Position numbers and translations under genes: made by a program
Part shown: positions 39,023-49,779 of the stretch, in pieces
Layout: the number at the start of each line of letters is the position of its first letter
Position numbering within the stretch: the stretch's first letter is position 1
Assembly: GCF_006345805.1 (NCBI RefSeq)
Contig: NC_043013.1
Location: 12,586,001 to 12,650,000 of the forward strand
Source of the DNA: Octopus sinensis
Lineage: Eukaryota
DNA: 64,000 bases
Direction: 5' to 3'
Notes under the pieces: generated by a model
Database searches by the model: none
What the model was told of the DNA's origin: nothing
Seen by the model: the letters and a program-made list of their open reading frames with translations, nothing else

Positions 39023-39350
39023 CAGTTCTATATTTAAGAGATGAGGAATTATGTACATTATTTGCATTATTTACATTTGACGAATATTTGTCTTCATCTT
39101 GTTTGTTGTTAACACAACGTTTCGTCTGATATACCTTCCAACCTTCATCAGGTGTCTTGGGGGAAATTTCAAGCCTGGGTTCTCATTTTTCGATGTTGTT
39201 GTTGGCCTCAGAACCACACACACACTTCTTCATCACCTTCTTTTCTCCTCCTCCCCCTCCTCCTCCTCCAGCTTCTTCTTCTTCTTCTTCTTCTTCTTCT
39301 TCTTCTTCTTCTTCTTCTTCTTCTTCTTCTTCTTCTTCTACTTATTATTA

Positions 39351-39394
<44 letters not shown>

Positions 39395-39575
39395 GTTGTT
39401 GTGTTGTTGTTGTTGTTATTGTTCTTGTTCTTGTTCTTGTTCTTCTTCTTAATATTATTCAGGTCACTGCCTGGAATCAAACTCGGAATCTTGAGCTTAG
39501 TAGCCCGCGCTCTTAACCAATACAACAAACAAGATGAGGACAAATACCAGTCAATTGTAAATAATGTAAATAATG
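39023..39575 (-). mobile_element. tRNA head / microsatellite / hammerhead element (family H1), copy with inverted terminal tail
   Basis: 5'-truncated head 39461-39519; tail 39023-39200; inverted tail copy 39521-39575; aactcttt at 39011-39018 and 39576-39583. Confidence 0.85.
39111..39156 (-). ncRNA. Minimal type I hammerhead ribozyme motif
   Basis: GACAC-CUGAUGA-A-GGUUG-loop-CAGAC-GAAA-C-GU-U-GUGUU; one stem II mismatch. Confidence 0.75.
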
Positions 39576-40224
39576 AACTCTTTCGCAATATCCACATAGC
39601 TTCGAGTCCTGTGTGTCAGCTAACATTTTCTTTATGTTCTCCGACGCCGTTGACTGTTCACATCGAACTGTTCCTAAAAAAAGGGGGTCTATATAAAACT
39701 CGTCTAATTTAGCCCGAGCACCCTATATTTATATACTTATATACTTATATATTTATTTATATATTTATATATTTAATTATATATTTATATACTTATATGA
39801 ATATTTATTTCATTATACATATATTTATATATGTATATCAAAGTCTTTTAATTTTCTGTCAAATGACATCTTTTGAACTTGCAAGCCTTTTCTTTCCCTT
39901 TTTTTTACGCTACAGTAATGTCAAGCTTTGATTGCACAAAAAAAACCAAACAAAATAAACAAACACACATCAGATGTTCCCAGAGGAATATATATTCTGT
40001 CATTCAAATTAATATATTTAGAAGAGAATGATTGCAGGAAGAGAGAAAATATGAAGTCGAGAGTAGAGCTGAGTGTTACGCTGTAGAATGCCCAATTTCT
40101 ACGTTACGTAGTATCTTCAGTGAGTTTAATGTCGAGGGAACATATGTTTCTATGTGTTGTTGCCCTTGATAAGGAGAAGGGAAATTTGATGGAGACGGAA
40201 GAAGTGGATGTCAGGAGTTTATAT

Positions 40225-40435
40225 TTCTTTTTTTTACCTTGGTTCATTCATTGGATTGTGGCCATGCTGGGGTACGGCCTTGAAGAGTTTTAGTCGAACA
40301 AATCGACCCCAGGACTTATTCTTTGTAAGCCTAGTACTTATTCTATCGGTCTATTTTGCCGAACCGCTAAGTTGCGGGGACGTAAACACACCAGCATCGG
40401 TTGTCAAGTGATGCTGCGGGGGACAAACATATACA

Positions 40436-40481
<46 letters not shown>

Positions 40482-40491
40482 ACACACACAT

Positions 40492-40544
<53 letters not shown>

Positions 40545-40710
40545 TACGACGGACGTCTTTCAGTTTCCGTCTACCAAATCCACTAACAAGGCTTTGGTCG
40601 GCCCGAGGCTATAGTACAAGACACTTGCCCAAGGTGCCACGCAGTGTGACTGAACCCAGAACCATGTTGTTGGTAAGCAAGCTACTTACCAGACAGCCAC
40701 TCCTACGCCT
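40225..40710 (-). mobile_element. tRNA-derived SINE, family B
   Basis: Complete head, microsatellite and tail. Confidence 0.9.
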
Positions 40711-40715
40711 ATGAA

Positions 40716-41058
40716 TAAAGGCAAAGTCGACCTTGGCGGAATTTGAACTCAGAACATAAATTACTACCTCCCATATAATTCAATTCTAATTTCCACCCCT
40801 AAGGTTTATATGACTTATCCATTGGGTTTTTCGTTATATTCCTCTGTATTTGATAATCTATTTCTTTACTACCCACAAGGTGCTAAACAAGGACAGACAA
40901 ACGACCCCAGTGCGTAACTGGTAATTAATTTATCGATCCCGAAAGGATGAAAGGCAAAATCGACCTCGTCGGAATTCGAACTCAGAACGTAACGGCGGAC
41001 GAAATACGGCTACGCATTTCGCCCGGCGTGCTAACGTTTCTGCCAGCTCGCCGCCCTC
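40716..41058 (-). mobile_element. Family A SINE (40858-41058) and fragment (40716-40760)
   Basis: Reverse matches to family A. Confidence 0.8.
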
Positions 41059-41693
41059 AATCTGATTATCAATTTGATAATCTAGATAAATATTGGGCAC
41101 CCCTATCTTTCCTTCATCCAGTTACCACTCCTTTCCCATCAGACAATTTCTTACTACCAACCTAGCAACCTACCATTTTATGTAGATAAAGCTGGATATA
41201 TGGTTCCACTACATTGGAAGTCTAGCAGACTGTCTGACATTAAAGGAGTTATCACCATTAACTAGAATACAGTTAACAACTCTCAATGGATTTAATTCTA
41301 AATGGTTGAAGATTACATACTACTTTCTAAATATAAGTAACTACGTCACCACTCTTTTTGACTCCCCCCCCCCCATTATTCCCTCTGCTACTCTCTACAT
41401 TATAGTAGGCTTAACAAGGTATGCATTATTTTCTAAATTCATTCTGCCACAGTTATAGCAAAATGAAACAATGTAAATATTTTGGTTTCCATTATTGATG
41501 TAAATTTGTTTAAAAATGGTTATCCTTTATTTTGAAGTCTATGCGTTCTTCCGACAAGAACGATTTCTTTCAAATTGATGCAAATTTTTCATTAATCAAT
41601 TAAATGGAGTCGCTTGAAACGGCCGTAATGAATTGACACCTGTACATCTTTGTTATATATATATATATATATATATATTTACATACACACACA

Positions 41694-41747
<54 letters not shown>

Positions 41748-41770
41748 ATATATATATATATATATACACA

Positions 41771-43737
41771 AATAACTACAGGGGTATCAAGCTGCTGGAT
41801 CAGGTAATGAAGGTTACGGAGAGGGTTATAGCCCAATTAATTAGAGAGAGAGTTAGCTTAGATGAGATGCAGTTTGGGTTCGTGCCAGGGAAAAGTACTA
41901 CTGATGCTATATTCCTGGTAAGACAGCTGCAGGAGAAATACCTAGCCAAAGATAAGCCCCTGTACCTGGCTTTTGTTGACATGGAGAAAGCCTTTTATAG
42001 GGTCCCCCGATCCCTTATCTGGTGGTCAATGAGGAAACTAGGGATAGATGAATGGTTAGTGAGAGCTGTGCGAGCCGTGTACAGAGACGCTGCTTGTAAG
42101 GTGAGGGTTGGCAACGAGTACAGTGAAGAATTCCGGGTAGAGGTTGGGGTCCACCAAGGTTCAGTCCTCAGTCCCCTCCTATTTATCATAGTCCTCTAGG
42201 CAATAACGGAGGAATTCAAGACAGGATGCCCCTGGGAGCTCCTCTATGCTGATGACCTTGCTCTAATTGCTGAGTCACTATCAGAACTGGAGGAGAAGTT
42301 TCAGGTGTGGAAACAAGGATTAGAATCGAAGGGCCTTAGAATCAACCTAGCCAAAACCAAAGTCCTAATAAGTAGGAAGGTGGACCAATCACAAACGACT
42401 TCAGGTAGATGGCCCTGCTCGATCTGTAGAAAAGGTGTAGGTAGAAACTCTATAAGGTGCACCAAGTGTAAGCTATGGACACATATGAGGTGCAGCAATG
42501 TCAAAGGAAGGCTAACTAGGAAAATAGTTTTTGTCTGTGGCAGACGCTCAGGAGCAATAAACACTGGAAATGTGCAGATACCAACTTCTACCACGTTCCA
42601 GGGAGACAAACTAGAAGTAGTTGATAGCTTCCGCTACCTAGGTGACCAAGTCAGTAGCGGGGGTGGGTGTGCTGAAAGTGTAACTGCTAGAGTAAGAATA
42701 GCCTGGGCAAAGTTTAGAGAGCTCTTACCCCTGCTGGTGACAAAAGGCCTCTCGCTCAGAGTAAAAGGCAGACTGTATGATGCATGTGTACGTACAGCCA
42801 TGCTACATGGTAGTGAAACATGGGCTGTGACTGCTGAGGATATGCGTAAGCTCGCAAGAAATGAAGCCAGTATCCTCCAATGGATGTGTAATGTCAGTGT
42901 TCATAATCGACAGAGTGTAAGTACCTTGAGAGAAAAGTTGAACCTAAGAAGCATCAGTTGTGGTGTGCAAGAGAGACAGCTGCGCTGGTATGGTCATGTG
43001 ACGAGAATGGCTGAAGATAGTTGTGTGCAAAAGTGCTACACCCTAGCAGTTGAGGGAACCTGTGGAAGACGTAGACCCAGGAAAACCTGGGACGAGGTGG
43101 TGAAGCACGACCTTCGAACTTTAGGTCTCACCAAGGAAATGACTAGAGACCGAGACCTATGGAAGTATGCTGTGCGTGAGAAGACCCGGCAAGACTAGTG
43201 AGGCCATAACCCGTGGCCCCTACCTGGGACGTAGTCAGTCCACCTGTGCATACCTTCCTTCTTGGGACACTTGTGAAGACCTGTTGAGGCAAGTGAAAAT
43301 CAAACCAAATCAAAATAGATGAACATCAATGGAATTTGTATCTTTGTGGTACCAGTGCCGGTGGCACATAAGAAAACCATCCGAACGTGGCCGTAGCCAG
43401 TACCGCATCGACTGGCCTTCGTGCTGTGGGCACGTAACAAACACCATCCGATCGTGGCCGTTCGCCAGCCTCGTCTGGCACCTGTGTCGGTGGCACATAA
43501 AAAACACCATCCGAGCGTGGCCGTCCGCCAGCCTCGTCTGGCACCTGTATCGGTGGCACATAAAATCACCCACTACACTCTCGGAGTGGTTGGCGTTAGG
43601 AAGTGCATCCAGCTGTAGAAACACTGCCAGATCTGACTGGCCTGGTGCAGCCTTCGGGTTCCCCAGACCCCAGTTGAACCGTCCAACCCATGCTAGCATG
43701 GAAAGCGGACGTTAAACGATGATGATGATGATGATAT
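41771..43737 (+). mobile_element. 5'-truncated RTE-clade LINE: RT with embedded PHD-like finger (ORF remnant 41771-43198, one in-frame TAG at 42197-42199), 3' UTR tandem repeats, (GAT)n tail
   Basis: NYRGIKLL, QFGFVPGKSTTDAIF, FVDMEKAF, GVHQGSVLSPLLF, LLYADDL, FRYLG, MLHGSETW, LRWYGHV; both ORF pieces are in the same frame. Confidence 0.95.
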
Positions 43738-43744
43738 ATATATT

Positions 43745-43930
43745 CGCCATGATAGATCGCTAGCCAGTATGCCTTTTTCTATTTTGTCTCTCTGTTCATT
43801 TCTGTGTTCCTTTCTGCTGAAGAGCGTAGGCTCGAAACGTAAAAGACTTTCTCAATTCCCGAGTGTGAAACTAATACATCTGTTTGTTTTTTACACACCC
43901 GCCTTCGTCTTTAGTTTTTTGTAAATTCTC
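43745..43930 (+). mobile_element. PLE-terminus-like repeat, family H2
   Basis: Homologous to 17440-17590 and 18335-18510; contains the hammerhead-like fold at 43810-43845. Confidence 0.7.
43810..43845 (+). ncRNA. Atypical minimal type I hammerhead-like motif (core CUGCUGA)
   Basis: CUUU-CUGCUGA-A-GAGC-GUAG-GCUC-GAAA-C-GU-A-AAAG; perfect stems I and II, but conserved A6 is replaced by C. Confidence 0.5.
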
Positions 43931-43940
43931 ACTACACACA

Positions 43941-43978
<38 letters not shown>

Positions 43979-43999
43979 ACACATACGCACATATATATA

Positions 44000-44146
44000 T
44001 TGGTTTCAAATTTTGGTACAAGGCCAGCAATTTCGGGTGAGAGAGTAAGTCGATTACATCGACCCCAGTTCTCAACTGTTACTTATTTATGTCGAACCCC
44101 GAAAGAATGAAGAGCAAAGTCGACCCCAGCGGAATTTGAACTCACC
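44000..44146 (-). mobile_element. Family A SINE, 5'-truncated
   Basis: Reverse match to the body and B box. Confidence 0.75.
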
Positions 44147-45001
44147 TTGGAACTATATATATTATCCAACGTGTTCTTGCTTTGTTAAATGTGTATGGTG
44201 TGTAAGATAATTTGACTGCTATTTCTGGCTAATCGAACGGTCCCGTAGGGATTCCTTCGTTAGCGTCAAGAAACACTGAAGTAAATTGTATCTCTCGGCG
44301 CTAGATTCAAGTTTATAGTTGTGAAGTGAGATTTTTAGGTGATTTAAACATTTGCCTCTTCTGGGCATCACATGTGATGCGCAGGATATATTATACTTAT
44401 TCCCATATTTTTTCTCTCAACCAAGAGTGTAATTTGGAAATTATAAAAGGAAAGCTTTCTATAACTCAGAACGCATGAAAGAAGAGCTAGCTAAAAGTTC
44501 GAAAACAAGCAAGGACGTTTAGTACAAATTTATGGAAATGATTCGGACAGGCAAACGATTAAGTAAGGTCAGAGTAGTTGTTCAGCTATACCTGAACAAA
44601 GGTGGACGGAGGTGAGTGTCATTTCGTCTGTGTTTAAGACTGTTTTTATGCTTTGATGAAGAGTGTGAAGATCATGTAGGTTTAGCCAGTAAAATGTGGG
44701 TGAATGGATAGGATCCTGTGGTATGCCAATCGGGATATGACAAATTCTGGGAGTACTGTTCCTGTTTACCACAATATTGGTTTGGGGACCTGACAGTTGT
44801 TTGTAAGAATTTTGTTGTTTTTTAAGGTGGTGTTGAGTTTATTCCTCTCTTATCTTTTGCTTATTTCACTCATTAGACTAAGATTTTAGTCGAACAAATC
44901 GACCCCAGTAATTTGTTTCAAACTCTGGTACTATTGCATTCGTCGCTACTGCTGAACCATTAACTCATGAGCACCTAAACAAACTAACTCCAGTTAGGGT
45001 A

Positions 45002-45075
<74 letters not shown>

Positions 45076-45355
45076 AAAGGGATTGCGTAGAATGGAGTCG
45101 AAAGCTTTGTTGCTGTCGATGGCAGTTAGAAAGAAACTTCTGGTAGGCTTTTCGCTGTTGAATACTCTTTGCATTTACTACGTTAGGCTTGTACTGTAGT
45201 CAAGTGACGTCTGGATCTGCGCTGTTATTTGGAGAGGTTTGATAAGTGGATTAGTAATACCAAGAATTAGTCTTTGTATAATTTTCGACGATGAGCTTAG
45301 GGAAGTCGTGTGTCTCCATGATGTTGCTTCACTTGGACATTTTGTTCGGTTTAAA

Positions 45356-45428
45356 ACGAGCATATGGCGTAGTGGTTAAGAGCGCGGGCTACTAACCCCA
45401 AGATACCGAGTTCGATTCCAGGCAGTGA

Positions 45429-45470
<42 letters not shown>

Positions 45471-45655
45471 CAACCACAACAACAACAATAATAATAATAA
45501 TAATATCGAAAAATATCTTAGGAATGAGAACCCAGGTTCGAAGTTTCCCCAAGACACCTGATGAAGACTGGAGAGTATATCAGCCGAAATGTTGTGTTAA
45601 CAACAAACAAGATGAGAACAAATAGCCATCAAATGTAAATAATGTAAATGATGTA
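45356..45655 (+). mobile_element. tRNA head / microsatellite / hammerhead element (family H1), complete copy with 8-bp TSD
   Basis: A box tggcgtagtgg, B box gagttcgattcc, (AAT/AAC)n, hammerhead tail; cggtttaa at 45347-45354 and 45656-45663. Confidence 0.9.
45553..45598 (+). ncRNA. Minimal type I hammerhead ribozyme motif
   Basis: GACAC-CUGAUGA-A-GACUG-loop-CAGCC-GAAA-U-GU-U-GUGUU. Confidence 0.75.
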
Positions 45656-45734
45656 CGGTTTAAGAATTGTTATAACTTTTCCAAGTTCCCAGATTCTGAA
45701 AATTTGATAGTGTTGATACGAATAGGTGACGCTG

Positions 45735-45990
45735 AGTGCCGAGCTGGCAGGATCGTTAGCACACCGGGCAAAATGCTTAGCAGTATTTCGTGTGTCTTCA
45801 CGTTCTGAGTTAAGTTACGGCATTACATGCCCGTAACTTAACGGTTCGCTGAAAAAGACCGATAGAATAGATATCAAGCTTAAAAGAAAAAGTAAACACT
45901 GGGGTCTCTTCATTCGACAAAATGTCTTAAGGCGGTGCCCCAGCATGGCCGCAGCCTAATGACTGAAATTAGTAAAAGATGAAAAAAATA
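45735..45990 (+). mobile_element. Chimeric SINE: family A head joined to family B tail
   Basis: gagctggcaggatcgttagcac...gttctgagtt (A) followed by ccgtaacttaacggttcg...ggcggtgccccagcatggccgcag (B). Confidence 0.65.
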
Positions 45991-45999
45991 AATAAGTGC

Positions 46000-46243
46000 G
46001 CCCTTTTTAAACCCTAGCCAGACTCATAGGCCCGGTTTCCCGATTTCTATGGCGTATGTGTTCCCCAGCTGGACGGGACGCCAGTCCATCGCAGCGTTAC
46101 TCATTTTTGCCAGCTGAGTGGACTGGCGCAACGTGAAAAGAAGTGTTTTGCTCAAGACACAACGCGTTGCCCAGTCCACGAATCGAAACCACAATCTTAC
46201 GCTCATGATGCTGACACCCTAACCACTAAGCCACGTGCCTCCA
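46000..46243 (-). mobile_element. tRNA-derived CORE-like SINE, family C, tail type 3
   Basis: Homologous to 38365-38583. Confidence 0.85.
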
Positions 46244-46479
46244 CAGTAAAAGAATGTTTTGCTTTTAATTTTATGAATTATTTTGTGATAAAACCAATAT
46301 TCTGTGGTTTGTGGTGGATACAGATGTTTGCCTGTTCTTTGTTTCCTCATGGATTATTTCTTTTGTTATTTCATTTCCCCTCGTTTGATACTGAATTTTA
46401 TTTCAATTTTGGATGATATTTCTGTATAATGCATGTAATTGTAAGGTTTTTTTATGAAGTGGGTAATTCAATTAAAGCT

Positions 46480-46713
46480 CTTTATAAAAAAGGCCATTTA
46501 ACTGAGGTTTTTATAAAAAGGGCCCTTTTAACTGAGGTTTTTATAAAAAGGGCTATTTAACTGAGATTTCTATGAAAAGGGTCATTTAATTGAGGTTTTT
46601 ATAAAAACGGCCCTTTTAATTGAGGGATTTATAAAAAGGGCTATTTAACTGAGATTTTTATGAAAAGGGCCATTTAATTGAAGTTTTTATAAAAAGGCCA
46701 TTTAATTGAGGTT
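46480..46713. repeat. ~30-bp minisatellite, about 8 units
   Basis: Unit gggccatttaactgaggtttttataaaaa; no unique spacers. Confidence 0.9.
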
Positions 46714-46779
46714 CAATGTATCTACAATACCTATTGAAATATGTCTTTTGGACGCATATTGTTCAAAGTATGTATTCTT

Positions 46780-46913
46780 TTCTACTCTAGGCACAAGGCC
46801 CGAAATTGTTTTGTGTGGAGCGGGCCAGTCGATTAGATCGATCCAAGTACGCAACTGGTACTTAATTTATCAACTCCTAAAGAATGAAAGGCAAAGTCGA
46901 CCACGGCGGAATA
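46780..46913 (-). mobile_element. Family A SINE, 5'-truncated
   Basis: Reverse match to the body and tail. Confidence 0.75.
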
Positions 46914-47665
46914 TTGCAGTGAAAATGCTAAACTGTGTTGTTGAACTCTGAAATAACCACAACCCTCTCATTCAAAACATCTCCACACACATCAACCCCG
47001 CATTCAAACCCGGGCTCTCACTTTGCTATCAGCCTCACTTTGCTGTCAGCCTCACTTACTGAGGTGTTTGGGATAAGGAATCCCTCTCTTAATCGTCTCC
47101 CGCAGCTTCGTTTTGCTCTTTTCACCGCACCCTCAAGCCGGACGTGTCATTTGCTCACCTCCAGTAACAGAGAACCATCGCCATTTTCCCCACACTGTGT
47201 ACTCTGACGAGCGCGCTCTTAGGTAGTCATTTGATTATCTAATATCCTTTGCCAAACCGATCAGCTGCAGTGGATCTCTAATGCTGTATACTTTGATTAA
47301 CATAATCACTCTTTAGACAAATATACGAGTGCCTATGAATCCCTAGATTCTCTGACGAAAATTCAATAAGCTTGTTCCTTATTTTTCAATCTACGGAGAA
47401 ACAGCAATAGAAGCCCTGTTTATGAGTACTATATAGGTTCAACTCACGCACGCACGTACACACACACACACACACACATACACACATACACATACATACT
47501 CACAAACACACATACACACGTGTACGAATGCGAGTGTGTGTGTGTGTGTGTATACGAGTGAGGGAATGTTTAAGGGCTTTTCTCAAACTATGTACAATCC
47601 CTGTACATAATATATTTGAGCATCACCGCTATTATTTGTCACTTGATAACCCTAACATTAAATTA

Positions 47666-47715
<50 letters not shown>

Positions 47716-48034
47716 TGTTGGTCAGTTTGTAAGTCTATGTACACGAGATTCTGTGTGTGTAAATGTGTGTATATATTTGCGTTTCTTTTTACGTGTAGCA
47801 CGAGTTTCAATCTGAAATCCTTTATTGAAACAAATATTGTTGTAGTTTTGGGAGAGTTAGTTCTGTCAACAGGGCGGAAGTGGGTGGATTGATACATAAA
47901 AGCAGGCAGATAGGGGTCACGAGAGGCGAATGTTTGGAAACTTGGCTGATGGAACAAACATTAGTACACAGGTTATTGGAGTATGACAAAGGAGATCGCT
48001 TACCATAGCTAAATAATGAAGGCATGTAGAAGTC

Positions 48035-48133
<99 letters not shown>

Positions 48134-48166
48134 TGATGATGATGATGATGATAATAATGATAATAA

Positions 48167-48543
48167 ATGCCGCGATGCAGTACCAGGCAGTGCCTTTCAT
48201 CGCTTCTCATCTTAACTGATTGGAAGTGTTATCATGTACATTGTTTTGTCTTGGTGTAAAAGATGGGCTACAGCAAATATTCTGCTCAATACCACATATT
48301 TACTTGTCAGTTATTTGACTTTAATCAGTTGACCATGTCCCTTAGTGGCTGACAATATGTGCATCACTGATCAGGAGCAGAAGTAGAGGGGGAGCATCAT
48401 AGCCATGTATTGAGAGGAATTCTTTGGGGCTTGGGTGTTTTGTCCTACATCCCTAAACAACCCGTATTCAGGGACCTTTTGAGTGGGATGAGCTACTCGA
48501 CCTGAAGAAAATTGTAACTGGGCCCGACATACTAGGTCATGCG
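48167..48543 (+). repeat. Unclassified interspersed repeat, family E
   Basis: Begins in (AAT/GAT)n; overlaps in sequence with 54538-54810 and 1053-1130. Confidence 0.7.
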
Positions 48544-48545
48544 TT

Positions 48546-49110
48546 GGGACTTAATTTATCGACCCCGAAATGATGAAAGCGAAAATCGACCTCGGCAGAA
48601 TTTGAACTCAGAACGTAGCGGCAGACGAAATACCTATTTCTTTACTACCCACAAGGGGCTAAACACAGAGGGGACAAACAAGGACAGACAAAGGGATTAA
48701 GTCGATTATATCAACCCCAGTGCGTAACTGGTACTTATTTAATCCACTCCGAAAGGATGAAAGGCAAGGTTGACCTCGGCGGAATTTGAACTCGGAACGT
48801 AACGACAGATGAAATACGGCTACGCATTTCGCCCGGCGTGCGAACGTTTCTGCCAGCTCGCCGCCTTCTATTCATTAAGGCGGCGAGCTAGCAGAAACGT
48901 TAGCACGCCGGGCGAAATGCGTAGCCGTATTTCATCTGTCGTTACGTTCCGAGTTCAAATTCCGCCGAGGCCAACCTTGCCTTTCATCCTTTCGGAGTGG
49001 ATTAAATAAGTACCAGTTACGCACTGGGGTTGATATAATCGACTTAATCCGTTTGTCTGTCCTTGCTTGTCCCCTCTGTGTTTAGCCCCTTGTGGGTAGT
49101 AAAGAAATAG
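48546..49110. mobile_element. Family A SINE palindrome: tandem-form minus copy plus head-to-head inverted copy
   Basis: 234-bp arms 48634-48867 and 48877-49110, 5 mismatches by eye, 9-nt spacer. Confidence 0.9.
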
Positions 49111-49779
49111 ATAATCCTTCTTTTCGTTATTATTAATGTCATCAGGATTCTTTCCTACATGCAATGAAAACATTATATATAGGAATTACAAACGTTTGGG
49201 GATGGACAAAAACAAAGTTATCTACAAATAAAGAGTCAGCGAAGTTATACAGTAAATAGATATGTTACAAATCAATAACCTAAATACACAGATAACTACA
49301 TAAACACACACAACATTGAAAAATCACATAACAATCAATAAAAATGAAGAAGATAAAGGGTAGCCTACCCACACACGGGTGAGAACGAATCAACCGAGTT
49401 ACATCAGAGTAGCCATGATATTGGTCTCCTGATACGCCTTTGAAACTGCTATATTTGAACTACCCGTGAATATATTTGCCATCGGATCGGACAAGAAGTG
49501 TTCCACATTTAAGAAAATATATTTTAGTAGTCCATAGACTACTCTTGTGATTTTCCCCAGCTGCTTGTCATGTGGAAGAACCATAAACCCCGGAACACAT
49601 CTCTCCCTTAATCGACACATTGTAACTCGCTTCGTCTTTCTTTAACTCTTAGTAATTATATCGGGTTTTCACCTGTTTGACGTAAAACTGTGACCTTCAT
49701 TTCATTTCCCCATTAAATTTCCCTTCCCTTTACTATTTTTGCTTGTCTACATTTTTTTCTTTCCTATCCGTCTCACACC

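Larger units (their letters stand above)
44570..45730 (-). pseudogene. Old non-LTR RT remnant (Jockey/I/CR1-like), interrupted by later insertions
   Basis: IWELGKVITILKP|NK..SWRHTTSLSSSSKIIQRLI..FFLTAIDSNKAFDSI..GIPQDPIHSPTF..LNLHDL..VLNTDEMTL, decayed RT subdomains in the correct order. Confidence 0.7.

Noticed and set aside
38932-39673. 177-nt open exon reconstructed by deleting the H1 element (TVRCEQSTASENIKK..CGYCERVTC..)
   Set aside because: Splice-like ends exist, but an open frame of this length is plausible by chance across six frames and the peptide is unrecognisable; only the TSD was kept as evidence
44365-44380. Perfect 16-bp palindrome GCATCACATGTGATGC containing E-boxes
   Set aside because: A single short motif with no supporting promoter context
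45358-45430. Functional tRNA-Ser(ACT) gene
   Set aside because: The anticodon stem pairs only 3 bp, the acceptor stem is poor, there is no long variable arm or T-run terminator, and it lies inside a TSD-bounded element; it is a SINE head
46480-46713. Regular ~30-bp repeats as a CRISPR array
   Set aside because: Units are contiguous with no unique spacers, the context is eukaryotic and there are no cas genes
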